From NCBI GenBank assembly GCA_010909165.1, contig VJWM01000235.1:186001-250000 (forward strand): 64,000 nucleotides of DNA, in the 5' to 3' direction. Positions 11,295 to 22,811 of the stretch are shown here, piece after piece. A program made the translations under genes and the position numbers. The stretch comes from Anthoceros angustus. Lineage: Eukaryota; Plantae; Anthocerotophyta. Under the pieces are notes generated by a model. The model did no database searches. It had not been told where the DNA came from and saw only the letters and a list, made by a program, of their open reading frames with translations. How positions within the stretch are numbered: position 1 is the first letter of the stretch; the number at the start of each line of letters is the position of its first letter.

Positions 11295-12453
11295 CAACTG
11301 AAGGACGTGGAGGTCCTAACAAAGCTGCCCCACGACTTCCGCCATTTTATTTTCGAGATCAATAAGTGGAAGGGCCTAGAGAATGAACAGCGGGCTTTGG
11401 CGGACAAGGACTTGGAAGAAGGACTCCATGTTTTCAATGTTCCGCCAATCAGTGTGATTAGTGGAAGCACGCAACGCTCGACATGGGTTTTGAGGGAAGG
11501 AAATACACCCTTCTAGTCATGGATGTCCCCCGTGGATTTGACATCGGGCCAATGGATAAACGGATGGATTTATCAATGATGGGTGCTGTATTTCAAAGTT
11601 TCCAGGAGAAAACCGAAAATGACGAGTTCCGGATTATCGTCATGCATGGTGTTGAAGAAGCCCATACCGTGAGGGAGGCATTTATCTGGGACAAGACTAA
11701 CATGAACAACGACAGAGGCGGATTTGAGACTGTGGAATACGTTACAGTTGGATGGGGTGTGAAAGGGGGATGTGCGAAGGAAAGGGCTGCCATGATGCCA
11801 AATGTGATGCACGGGACCTTCAACAATGGAAGATCCGTTATTGGACACCCTAATGTCGTCAAGAAACAGGTTTACTTGTCTCATGACAAGTTGGTAGTGT
11901 GCCCATACCAGAGACCATTGGGGCTTATAATAAAACTCGTGAGGACATTCTCCAAGGAGGGAGACTGGGTTATTGATGCATGCTCATGCAGCGGGACTAC
12001 GACACTCGCTGCGTTGTTGTGTGGCCGGAACTGTATTGTAATAGAGGCGGATTTGAGATGCGCAGGTTACATCGCACAGTGCATACACGGTGTTGATGTC
12101 TTGCCAGATGCAGAGGAAGAGTTGACTTTTGAGCCGCATCGGAGGGGGCCATCTCAGTTCTGGGCGAAAGAGGTTTGTATTAGTGAGAAGAACTGCTTGA
12201 AAGCCCAAGTTGTGGCATTGAGTGTGAAGAGGTTAAAGACGACAACCGGCGAACTTATGGATGATGGATGCAGACATTGACGCTTGGCGCCGACCCCGAC
12301 AAAACGACACCCAATGATATCAATGAAGACCAGCAAAGTTAGTGAGAATGATGCTTTGACATTGTGAGATGGAGCGCTGAATTTGGTACATTGTAGATCT
12401 GGGCCGATGAAATGGTCGACTCACATATAAGCCCTCACGATGGAACACTGTAG
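11295..12453 (+). CDS. Beta-class amino (N6-adenine / N4-cytosine) DNA methyltransferase exon, N6_N4_Mtase-like
   Basis: ORF 11483..12280: LLVMDVPRGF at the motif IV (DPPY) position precedes YQRPLGLIIKLVRTFSKEGDWVIDACSCSGTTTLAALLCGRNCIVIEAD (compare QKPxxLxxxLI..S.xGDxVLDPFxGSGTT..A...GR..IGxE). Frameshifts occur near 11500 and after 12270. The stop at about 12453 is inferred from homology with the 43737 copy. Confidence 0.85.
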
Positions 12454-15400
12454 ACGGTGCTTAGCCAAATCTCCCTGTGCAGTTTGCACGAGTAGGTTTT
12501 TATCATTGCTTGTATTGCCAGTATGGCTACACCTGCATGTTCCGGATGTTTCCGAACCTTTTTAGTTTTCACGATTTAGCTTTTCTCAAATTTTGGTGTT
12601 ACAGTGTAGTTTATTTGCCATCCGCAATGGCGCCGGCCGGCCGGCACCATTATGGGGTTCGTGTGGAGGATTTCCTTTTCAGTTTGGTGTTCCGCTATAG
12701 ATTTGTACATAATGGAGTGTCAGATTCTCAAACCAATTCTCTAATTTGAGGATGGTGCCTTTTTCGTCAAAGGGGTTATTTTTCCCTTGAAGGGGGTTTG
12801 TATATTCCCCCCCTTCAAAATTTATGGTGTTTAAGGCCCTCATCAACAATAAGCAACAAGACAAATAATCTTCAATCAATGAACAATGTCAATGAAAATG
12901 CGTGAACGAAGGCTAAACACCACCAATTCATCCCCACGAAATAAAGAAAGCCACTTGACCAGAAAGACTAGCAGCACTTTGAGGGTGTAATCTTATCCTT
13001 CTTAGTCTTCAATTGTACTAGTGTAAGATCCTGATTGATATAGAACCTAGTTGTCCCAACATAGATCTAGCCTTCACAACTGGAGACATCATCATCCATC
13101 GTGATTAAGCATCTCAGAACGACCGTATTGTAAACTCCCCGTTGAAATGTGCGGAGTGATTTTTTTCGTTTTTGAGGTTAAGAGTGGTGATAAAATAAGT
13201 CGATGATGAGTGGGGTATTTATATTAAAATGTCTCTTGGCCTATGGTTTTTTGTTGTTGTTCTTAGGTTGGGATAATAAATGCAGTCCATGGACTCGAGT
13301 GTTCCTGGCCTCTGACTTGGAATATCCACCAAAAGCCTATATATGTGAGATAGGGGTTGGTATATTTAGGGGTTGTTGACTTATAAGCTTGGGGCTTCCA
13401 CTCCAACGGGGCGCAGAGTCGAATCCAGTGTGTGTGGTCGTGGAATCCGGAATGCTGGAGGAGCGTACCGGGTGAAAAGTGGAGGCGGTCGGAAGTCGAT
13501 CAGTAGGGGAAGCCATGCACTTAACCCTAAGAACCGGGAAAAGTGATGTAAGTTCAAACGCGGAGCGCGGAGCGAGAGCGAGTGGCGGCGCAGGGCCGGA
13601 GCGCGAGGACGCCGAGGAGCGGACAGAGGGCGCCAAGGGGTCCGCTGGAGGACAAGGAGGCGATCGCGAGGAAGGATGCCGAACCCTCACCGTGAGGTCG
13701 CGAGCCGCGAGCCAAGGAGCGGCCCCACCGGTGGCGGCGCAGCGGCCGAGAGGTAGGAACTGGGAGATCGACCCTCCAGAAATTGGAGGCGAGGGCGTAC
13801 CGGAGCCTTGGGGCGCGAGGCGAGGGAAGTGGTCAGAGGCATGGCGCCCAAGACCACAAATTGTGGCATTGAGTGTGAAGAGGTTAAAGACGACAACCGC
13901 GAACTTATGGATGATGGATGACATTGGATGTCGCTTTGAAACGACGTACACCAGAATGATATCAATGAAGACCAAGAAAGTTAGGTGAGAATGAGCTTTG
14001 ATTTACGTGAGATGGAGCGCATGCGTAATTTGGTACTTGTTGTAGATCTGGGCCTGGATGAAATGGTCGACCACATATAAGCCCTCACGATGGAACATCA
14101 GACGGTCTTAGCCAGCTTGCACGAGTAGGTTTTATCATTGCTTGTATTGCCGATGGCTACACATGTTCCGGATGTTTCAACCTTTTAGTTTTCACGATTT
14201 ACGATTTAGCTTTTCAAATTTTGTGTTAGTTTATTTGTTATCTAGAGCTACCGCCCAAGCCATTATGGGGTTCGTGTGGAGGATTTCCTTTTCAGTTTGG
14301 TGTTCCGCTATAGATTTGTACATACGGAGGGTGTCTGTATTCTCAAACCAGCCGTTTCACGCAATTTGAGGATGGTGCCTTTTTCGTCAAAGGGGTTATT
14401 TTTCCCTTGAAGGGGGTTTGTATATTCCCCCCCTTCAAAATTTATGGTGTTTAAGGCCCTCATCAACAATAAGCAACAAGACAAATAATCTTCAATCAAT
14501 GAACAATGTCAATGAAAATGCGTGAACGAAGGCTAAACACCACCAATTCATCCCCACGAAATAAAGAAAGCCACTTGACCTGCAGCACTAGCAGCCTTGA
14601 AGGCAGGTAACTTATCCTTCTTAGTCTTCAATTGTACTAGTGTAAGATCCTGATTGATATATAACTTAGTTGTCCGTAACATAGATCTAGCCTTCACAAC
14701 CTGGAGACGATCATCCATCGTGATTAAGCATCTGTAAACGATCTGGTATTGTAAACTCCCTGTTGAAATGTGTCATGGAGTGATTTTTTTTCTTGTTTTT
14801 GGTTAAGAGTGGTGATAAAATAAGTCAGGATGACAGTAGGAGGGGGTATTTATATTAAAAATGTCCTTGGCCTATGGTTTTTTTTGTTGTTTGTTTCTTA
14901 GGTTAGATAATAAATGGTCCATGGACTCGATGTTCCTTGGCCCTTGGACTTGGAATATCCACCAAAAGCCTATATATGTGAGATAGGGGGTTGGTATATT
15001 TAGGGGTTGTTGACTCTATAAGCTTGGGGTCGACCCAACCGGGCGGTAGCTGAACGAGTGTGAGGTCGTGGACTGGAATGCTTGGAGGAGCGGTCGTGAA
15101 AAGTGGAGGCGGTCGTGGAAGTCGATCAGCGGTAGGGGAAGCCCGCGGCACTTAACCCTAAGAAACTGGGAAAAGTGACAGAAGTAAGTTCAAACGGCGG
15201 AGCGCAACGGCGGCGGAGCGAGAGTAAGGAGCGGGGCGCAACGGCGGCCGGAGCGCGAGGACGTCGAGGAGCTGCGACAGGAGGGCGCCGCGGTCTGCTG
15301 GAGGACAAGGAGGCGTACTCGCGAGGAAGGATACGAACCCTCACGGTGAGTCGCGAGCCGAGTGGGCGAGGGCGCCTCATCGGTGGCGCGCGCAGCGGCC

Positions 15401-15510
15401 GAGAGGTAGGAACCTGGGAGACCAGCCCTCCGTGAAATTGGAGGCGAGGCGGCACCGATTCGGGGCGCGAGGCGAGGGAAGTGGCTGCAGAGGCATGGCG
15501 CCCAAGACCA
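12209..15510 (+). repeat. Tandem duplication, unit about 1650 bp (12209-13860 / 13861-about 15510)
   Basis: TTGTGGCATTGAGTGTGAAGAGGTTAAAGACGACAACC occurs at about 12210 and 13861; ATGGCGCCCAAGACCACA occurs at about 13841 and 15496. Confidence 0.93.
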
Positions 15511-16309
15511 CAGCTGAAATTGACCGCTCGGCCAAACATGGATCATTGAGGGTCCGAGTAATGGTGACCGAAGCCGGGGCTTGGCATGGAAGCGTTGGAA
15601 TTATGTCAACATGGGTAGAGGCGCACGCCATTTGAAGGACAGGCAACCAGGCGAAGGAATTAGAGCGAAGCCCCAGGATTGGCACCTGGATTTGGTCAGG
15701 AAAGTGTATGAGCGTAGCAAGGAGGAGGCAGGTGGTTTGGTAATCGAGTCTTTACGGAAGAAGAGCACAGCAGCGGCAGCAGCGGCCCTGGTCAAGACGG
15801 GCGTGATTCGGGAACCCAATGGCTAGTTGACCCGAGAATCGGTATCCGTGACAAATGATGGGTCCGCCGATGGCTCCTTTGTTTTCATGCGATAAAAAGC
15901 GTGACCGCTTTGTCTCGACTCATTTGTCTTTTTCTCCATGAAGTTGTCAAGGGCGAGGATCGATCGAATTCTCTTTGACAAGTTATGTGAAGAGAGGTTG
16001 AATTTGATCTCCTCTTCCCTCGTCCTTCTCGCCTTTTGGTTCATCAGATGCGCACGCTAATCACGGAGGTAGAAATTGTGGCCTCCCTTCACATGTGGGA
16101 AGCCGGTTAGGGAGATGAAGTGGAAAGTGAGGAGCCCAAGGAGGAAATAGAGGAGGAATCTGACAGCTGGGAGTCCGTGGCGACGGGCAGTTCAGAAGAA
16201 GAGAGAGAAATTCCCACCAGCAAGAAGAGAAAGATGTGGGGAGGCAGGGCCTCAAAAGGCAGAAGAGTGACGTGGGCCACCACGTAAAAGGCAAGGCGAG
16301 AAGGCGCGA

Positions 16310-16870
16310 AGAAAATGAAGGCCAAACGGCAGATTGAGGTGGCGGAGGAAGAGGCGCGGTCTGAGGAAGACAATTTTGCTGACCTGGATGCAGATGACGA
16401 ACCAACCCGGGAATTAGGGCCGACTCAAGCGGACCTCCTCGTGGATGGGAAGAGATTTTCAAGGGAACTCCACCGCGCAGAGGTGGACGCAGACTGATTA
16501 GGGTGCGCACCTGCCGGGAAGAAAGGTGCTCGAGGGATGGCGCCCGCACGGGCCGCCAATGTGGATTTGCGTGAGCCGACCACGCCAATGATCCGGGCCC
16601 AAGCGGATTTGTTGGACCAAGCGGCATTGGCGCTCACATGGCTCTGTGCAAGGGCATGGAGGAAGTGGTGAAGGCCGACGATTTAAAGAGGAGAGGCCAA
16701 GCGCAAGCGGAGGAAGAGGCGGTCCGAGGAAGACAATTTTGGCCGACTCGGATGCATGACGAACCAACTCCTGGGAATTAGGCTGACTCAAGCGACCCTC
16801 GGGATGGGAAGAGATTTTCAAGGAACCCACTGGCAACAGAGGTGGACGCTGGAGGACTGGTTAGTGACCT
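16310..16870 (+). repeat. Local direct repeat (about 190 bp copies, about 370 bp apart) in an unclassified acidic/basic repeat-derived region
   Basis: GAGGAAGACAATTTT..GGATGGGAAGAGATTTTCAAGG occurs at about 16365 and 16726. Confidence 0.7.
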
Positions 16871-19105
16871 TATCTGGGAAGAAAGGTGCCTCGGCTGTGG
16901 GGAATTGTTGCGAGCCCAGGAGCAAGAAGCAGCCTTGGTGGAGAAGGCCCACAAGTTGGCAGATCGGTACAAGAGGGAGCGGGATGAGGCACGTGGCCGA
17001 ACCAGGAAGGAAAAGGGGAAAGGGAAGCGAAGTAGTAGGGCCACGACTGGGGTAGTGGAGGGGACTACCGAAGGAAGGGAGGAGCAACCGAGGTAGTCAA
17101 ACACCTACCGAGTTGCCGAAATGACGGTGAGTCCACTCAGCAAAACGCTATCGACATTGGCGCGCCCAACCCTCGCCATGAGCGCCACAGAAAAGGGCAC
17201 TCCGAGGATACGGATCGACAGGGTAGCCTACGGAGGAGAGGGTAAGCACCTACCTCAAAGTTAGGGTCCTATTATGTTGCGACACATGGATGAGGAAACT
17301 TATGTTCCCGGTCTATATGTGAATGGGGAACGCGTGCTTAACTCTCAACGTGCGTGTGGAAATAGGAAGGACTGTGGCCTACCCATCGCAAGTGAGGACC
17401 CGAAGTGGATACTTCTTCCACGGCGCCCGAGTATGGGGGTTGGCCCCCTATTATGCGGAGGCGATTCTGAAGGAATTAAGTGAGGAAGAAGTCCAGGCTT
17501 GGGTGGACGAGGAGCCGGTAATAATCCTCAGCAATAGGCGGCCAGCGGAAGAGGGGGAAGCTCAAGGATGGGGTATGCCTCAAATTAGGACGTCCAGCAG
17601 TGACAGTGAGGTGGAAGTATTGTGGGAAGACTCTGATCGGGCGGGGGAGGGCTCATGGCGTGAGAGGGGAAAGGGCGGGCTGCCAAGTCGAAGGCGCACA
17701 GAAGCGAGGCAAATAGGTGATAGCATCCTAGGGATGGAATTTGGTTAGGATGTGACCGACCTCAAGACCGCTCCTCAATTGTGAAGCGGTCCTTCACGAA
17801 GAGGCAGCCATCTTTAGGACCTATAAAACTGGGGCAAAATGACGCCCACCCAATGTATAAGAGGGATGAATTATGCCTCTCATGCCAGATAATTCTAGTT
17901 GAGATCCCCACGTCACGGTGGCTGGTTGGAGACGTCCGATTGATGAGGCGGGTGCGCGAGACGCCCTAGGGGTGGTCGAGCTTGCTCCGCAGCTAGTGGA
18001 GAGGGGTGAGTGAGCGCCCTCGCCGGCTAAAGGAGTGAGGAAATCGAGGGATTACGCTGGGCGCAGTCCGGAGCTTGCCTTGCACGTCACCGTGACGCCC
18101 GAGAATTCCTCCTTCCTTACCCTTCTTCTTCCCGCCGGGCTAGTTCAAATTTCAAGAGTGTACGTGGTTGTGTGGGCTGGAAGCCCGAGGGCGACGAGAG
18201 AGAGAGAGAGAATTGGAAGAAGCGAATCGTGGAGGAGAAGGAAGAGTGGTCAGCAATTTACGCAATGCGAGGTGTGAGGCTGTGTGGAGAAGTTGGGAAG
18301 GGGAACTAACTGAGTGACTAACAAGCATTGCGGTGCGGATCAGAGAGAATCCAAACCGTGCCGTTTGCGGGAAGTGAGCACAAGAGGTGAAATATCATTC
18401 CTTCCCGGAATGTGTGTGAGGTGGCCCCTTTGTGTGTGTGTGAAGTGGCTTGAGAGGATCGCGGAACTATGGTCCTTAGGAATCGCGTGTGTAAAAGTAC
18501 CAAATGTGGAGCGCGTAATCAAAAGTCTCGACTCCGGCAGCAATGGTCACCGCCTGCGGCAGATCCGCGGCAATCAGGCGCCGAAATAAGTCGCTAGGGT
18601 TTGCTGGGACCCACCTGTAGTCAAGCTAACCACCGTAGTGGTAAGGGTCACCTGTAGAGTAGATCGGGAACGTTGGGGAATAAGATCCTCATGTCGGGGA
18701 GTAAGTGTCCGGGGTAGCTGGAGGAAGAGAGACGAATAGATGTAGGTAAGAGGAGTAATAGCAGGAAAGTCCCGACTTAGGTGAAGGCCGTCGAGCGATA
18801 GAAGTGCCTTCGCACAAACCATTCCCTCGGGAGCGAATCCAGACTACAAATAACATTGAGGGTGAATGTGAACCTCAGTGTCCTGGGACACAAAGGTTAC
18901 ACCCACAAGATCTCCGTCTGGCCAGATTGGTACTTAGGGGATGGGGTGCCTTGAAGGTGAGTGGATGCCCTTGGGGCAAGTAGCTTAGGCACACCATGGT
19001 ACAAGTTGTGCTAGTACTGTCCCATGACGGAAATCCGTCCTTAGTGGACTTATATAAAATTCTTCTTCTTCTTCTTCATAAGGCTCGAGGAACGAGCACA
19101 TCGAC

Positions 19106-19741
19106 CTATAGCCTATTGAGAAACTCTTTTGCAGCCACAAGTGGTGCAACAATGTCATTACCAAGACCAGAAATTCTCAAGTTTAAAGCACGGCGAGCAC
19201 AGTCTGCTGTCTGAGAAACAATTTCCGTAACTCTGTGGCCAGCAGGACAAGGAGAAGTAGAGGGATCATTAACCCCCATGAGGTTTTTACCAGTAAGCTT
19301 CTCCAAATATGTAGGTAAAACTTGTTTTGTTGAAGTGAAATGATTTTCCAAATTTATGGCTTTCTCCTCTATGGTCCGTGAAAAAACTTCATTTTGTAAC
19401 CCTTGCTCCACCAACCTTTCCGAGAGTCTTCCATCCTGATCGTCCAAACCCTGCAACTTTTTGGCCATATAATTGTGCATTTCTTCCCTCTGTGCATGAA
19501 TAAGCTCAAGAATAACCTTCTTGTAGCATTCCAAACTATGTTCCACGTCTGCCTTCGACAAGCAACCTACACAAGGAACAGGAATTTGCAAAGCATTGAC
19601 TTGCAAAAGAAATAAATCAAACTTGACCTGGAAAGACGCCTCAAACTCTTTAGCCCATGAGCTTGCCAAGTCAAGATCCTGTTGTAATTTTCTTATGATA
19701 ACATCCTGACTATCAAATCTCTTATTTATAAGATCATCCAA
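19106..19741 (-). mobile_element. LINE (L1-like) ORF1p fragment
   Basis: 211-aa coiled-coil ORF ending RRALNLRISGL, which resembles the RRxNLRIxGL start of the L1 ORF1p RRM. Confidence 0.5.
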
Positions 19742-20065
19742 TACGGAATTGACCTCATCCTCCTCGTCCTTTTAGCCCTCCTTATCCCCCTCGTTCTCGA
19801 GTCCCATGCAAAAGATTGGTGCTTAGCCAAAAGAGACTCATATTTTTCCTTAAGGAAATATTCGTCGCCTCAATATTACGTACTTTAGTCTCCAATACAG
19901 ATACCCTTTTGTCTTCATATTTATCCTCAATACTATGTAAACTAGTCTCCAATATTGATACCTTGTTGCTTGCTATTTGATTGATTAGAAGCTATGACCT
20001 CAAAAATTGAACAAAATAAAACAAATCACACTGGCCCACAATCAAGTAATATAATAAATAATAGT

Positions 20066-22811
20066 TGTTAGTACATTGCCTATACTCTTAGGGTTATGCC
20101 TTAGGTAGTTAGGTTGTTCATAGCAATTACAACTGCTTGTGCCAATGGCATATGTATAATGAACTTTGTTCTTTAATCAATCACTCTTTGTGTGCATGCT
20201 TGTGATTCTTTGTGTGCACGATAAAGTTTTCATGGTATCAGAGCAGTCGATTCCCGTGCCCTACTCACTCTGATGATCAAATGAATCATCTTTACATAAT
20301 TGACTAAATACATTTTCAGTTCTTGATTCTCAAAAATGTTTTCTTTAGGCAAGTGAGCAGAATGTGCGTGGTCTAATGTGGTTAAGGCAACATGCCCTTG
20401 GCGGCAGTGTGTGTGCAGTCACGCTAGAGCAAGTAGGGCTGTGCAACAACCTATATCTCGAATTGAGGCGCAGCTCGAACGATGAGATACTTGTCCGATG
20501 ATGTCGCCGCTTTTACAGTGAAAGAATTCTCCGCAAGATGCATTTAGAGGTATCCCACTATGACTTGTACAAAGTTAGAACTGAGGTGTTCTCCTCATCC
20601 CGTAAGTCATTCTTCGTCATTAATGTGAAGTCAACCCAGCTAGCATCTCCTCGCACGCACGGCCAGGACACGGTCATTAGGCATAAACTTATTGACATGT
20701 CACGCATAGGTTGCCATGCAGAACCCCACCGCTTGTTTTAGGATCTTCCCATCTGTGAGTCGTGCATCCTTGCCAAACAGAAGAGCTACCATTCCCCAAA
20801 CCGCATATAGAGCAAAGACTGCCCTGCACTTGTGCATGCTGATATCTCCGGAAAGATCCATGAGCCATCTCTAGGTGGAGCAATCGCATTATCTAACCCT
20901 CATGCATTTACTTTAGTCGGTACTTTGGACCTTTCCCATGCACCAAAAGCGACATTCCTATGCACTTTAAGCAAGGTTCTACTTGCACAAAGACAACTGG
21001 ATGCCTACTTAAAGTCCTACGCAGTTGATAATGGGACGTAACTTGTCAACAATGCCTTTGATGATTACCTTCAAGAACAGGCATTCAAAGACAACTTATT
21101 GTTCGACACCTCAAGAATGTAACGGAGTTGCTGGAACGAAAAATCGTGACGCCACTTGGAATGACCAGGAGTATGCCACCGCATGCCAACTTACCTCAAG
21201 AGTATTGGGTGGAGGCCGTGGTTACGCCCACGATATACTTACAGATACTTACCACCGCCACTGGATGCACTTTATGAGGTTTCTCGCATCAAAAGCCCAG
21301 TCTCGCTCCACCTCCGAGTATTTGGATCCAAGGCTCGCCTATATTCCCTCGCAGAAAACGCAAGAAGTTAGAGGACCGAGCTCAACGCCTACTTTTGTGG
21401 GGCAAGTGAACATGTGAAAGCCGCATAAACTCTATGACCCCGACACTCAATCATTAGTCCTTGCCCGCAGTGTCACCTTCGTAGAACCTTTGCACTGACT
21501 ACCAACCCCACACCCTCTAACCCCTTAGAGGGAGCAAATGAAAGCTTTGATACTGTCACCTTCCCTACAGATGACGAAGAAGAACCCTCTAACCTTCCAT
21601 CTGCAGATGTAGATGACTCAGAGGCTCCTGTTGCTGCCCCTCACCCTACAAAGAGACCCGGTGAACCAATGATGATCTCACCGCCAATGATAGTTCACCG
21701 GCCGATGAGGAGGATGTCACACCGACCCTGCTCAAGATTCGTAACCCCGACCGCCTCGAACCACCCCCTTACGACGCTCCACATGCCATAGGCCACCTCC
21801 GCACTGCTGGTTAGAACCCTATTATCAATCCGCCGATTTTCGAACGCTCGCGCTTTTTGGTATATGTATCCTCCTCGCCAAGGAACCCTTATCATGGAAG
21901 TGGTTAGAACCCTCCTATTATCAATCCGCGATTTTCAACGCCTTCGCGCTTTTGGTGTTATATGTAATATCCTCCCCGCCAAGGAACCCTTATCATGGAA
22001 GTGGTTAGAACCCTATTATCAATCCGTCGATTTTCAACGCCTCGCGCTTTTGGTGCTATATGTAATATCCTCCTCGCCGAGGAAGCCTCCGGGCCTGGGA
22101 TTGCTCCAAGTGGTGGTGCAGCAAAGGAGGATGAATACCAATCTCTGCTCAAGAACAAGACCTGGCAAATCGCTGACCTCCCACCTTGACGCAAAGCCAT
22201 CTCTTCCTTCCTCTATGGAGACCTGGATGAAGACCTGTACATGGCACAGCCTGAAGGATATGAAGATCATGAACATCCCACCAAAGTGCTTAAACTGCTC
22301 AAGTGTATATATGGACTAAAACAAAGTGGCCGAATATGCATAAGCTAAGTACCAAGTTCGAGATGAAAGACATCGGAGAACTTAAATACTGTTTGGGAGT
22401 TCAAATCTTAAGAGTACGAGAGGAAGGGCTACTGATAGTTCACCAGCATAAATACATCAATGATATTTTGCGCAAGTTCAAACTTGACGAAGCTAGACCC
22501 TCGACTACTCCTTTCGCTATGGGCGTGAAACTTACCAGTCTCCAGTGCCCACAATCCCAGGAAGAACTTAAGGACATGAAGGATGTCCCCTACAGACATG
22601 CAGTCGGCAGTCTAATCTTCTTAGCGAACTGGACAAGGCCAGATATCCAGTACTCTGTAAGCACAGTATCACAATTTCTGGAGAATCCAGGAAGAACACA
22701 TTGGGCTGCTGTCAAGCGGATTTTCCGCTATCTCAAAGGAACCCACAATTATGGACTCTTCTATCGGAGGACTGGACAGTAGAAACTCACCCTTGGGGGG
22801 TTCACTGATGC
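20066..22811 (+). mobile_element. Internally deleted Ty1/Copia retrotransposon (5' LTR about 20066-20232, PBS, integrase, partial RT)
   Basis: TG..CA segment followed by the tRNA-iMet PBS TGGTATCAGAGC at 20233-20244. Integrase fragments (CESCILAKQK; LVHADISGKIHEPSLGGA). RT fragments: YQSLLKNKTWQIADLPP, LYGDLDEDLYMAQPEG, and ORF 22303..22782 KFEMKDIGELKYCLG..PYRHAVGSLIFLANWTRPDI..HWAAVKRIFRYLKGT. Gag and protease are missing, and the element ends abruptly at GFTDA. Confidence 0.92.
21810..22080. repeat. Triplicated 110-130 bp segment inside the Copia element
   Basis: GTTAGAACCC..TATTATCAATCCG recurs at about 21810, 21903 and 22005. Confidence 0.85.

Noticed and set aside
9950-12453. ParB-methyltransferase as bacterial or phage contamination
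   Set aside because: It has an in-frame GT-AG intron with a branch site, a diverged second copy among plant TEs, and no operon-like prokaryotic neighbours. A chimeric join is not formally excluded without reads.
21810-22080. Triplicated segment in Copia as a functional insert
   Set aside because: It is a local duplication of ordinary Copia linker sequence in a decayed element, possibly an assembly stutter.
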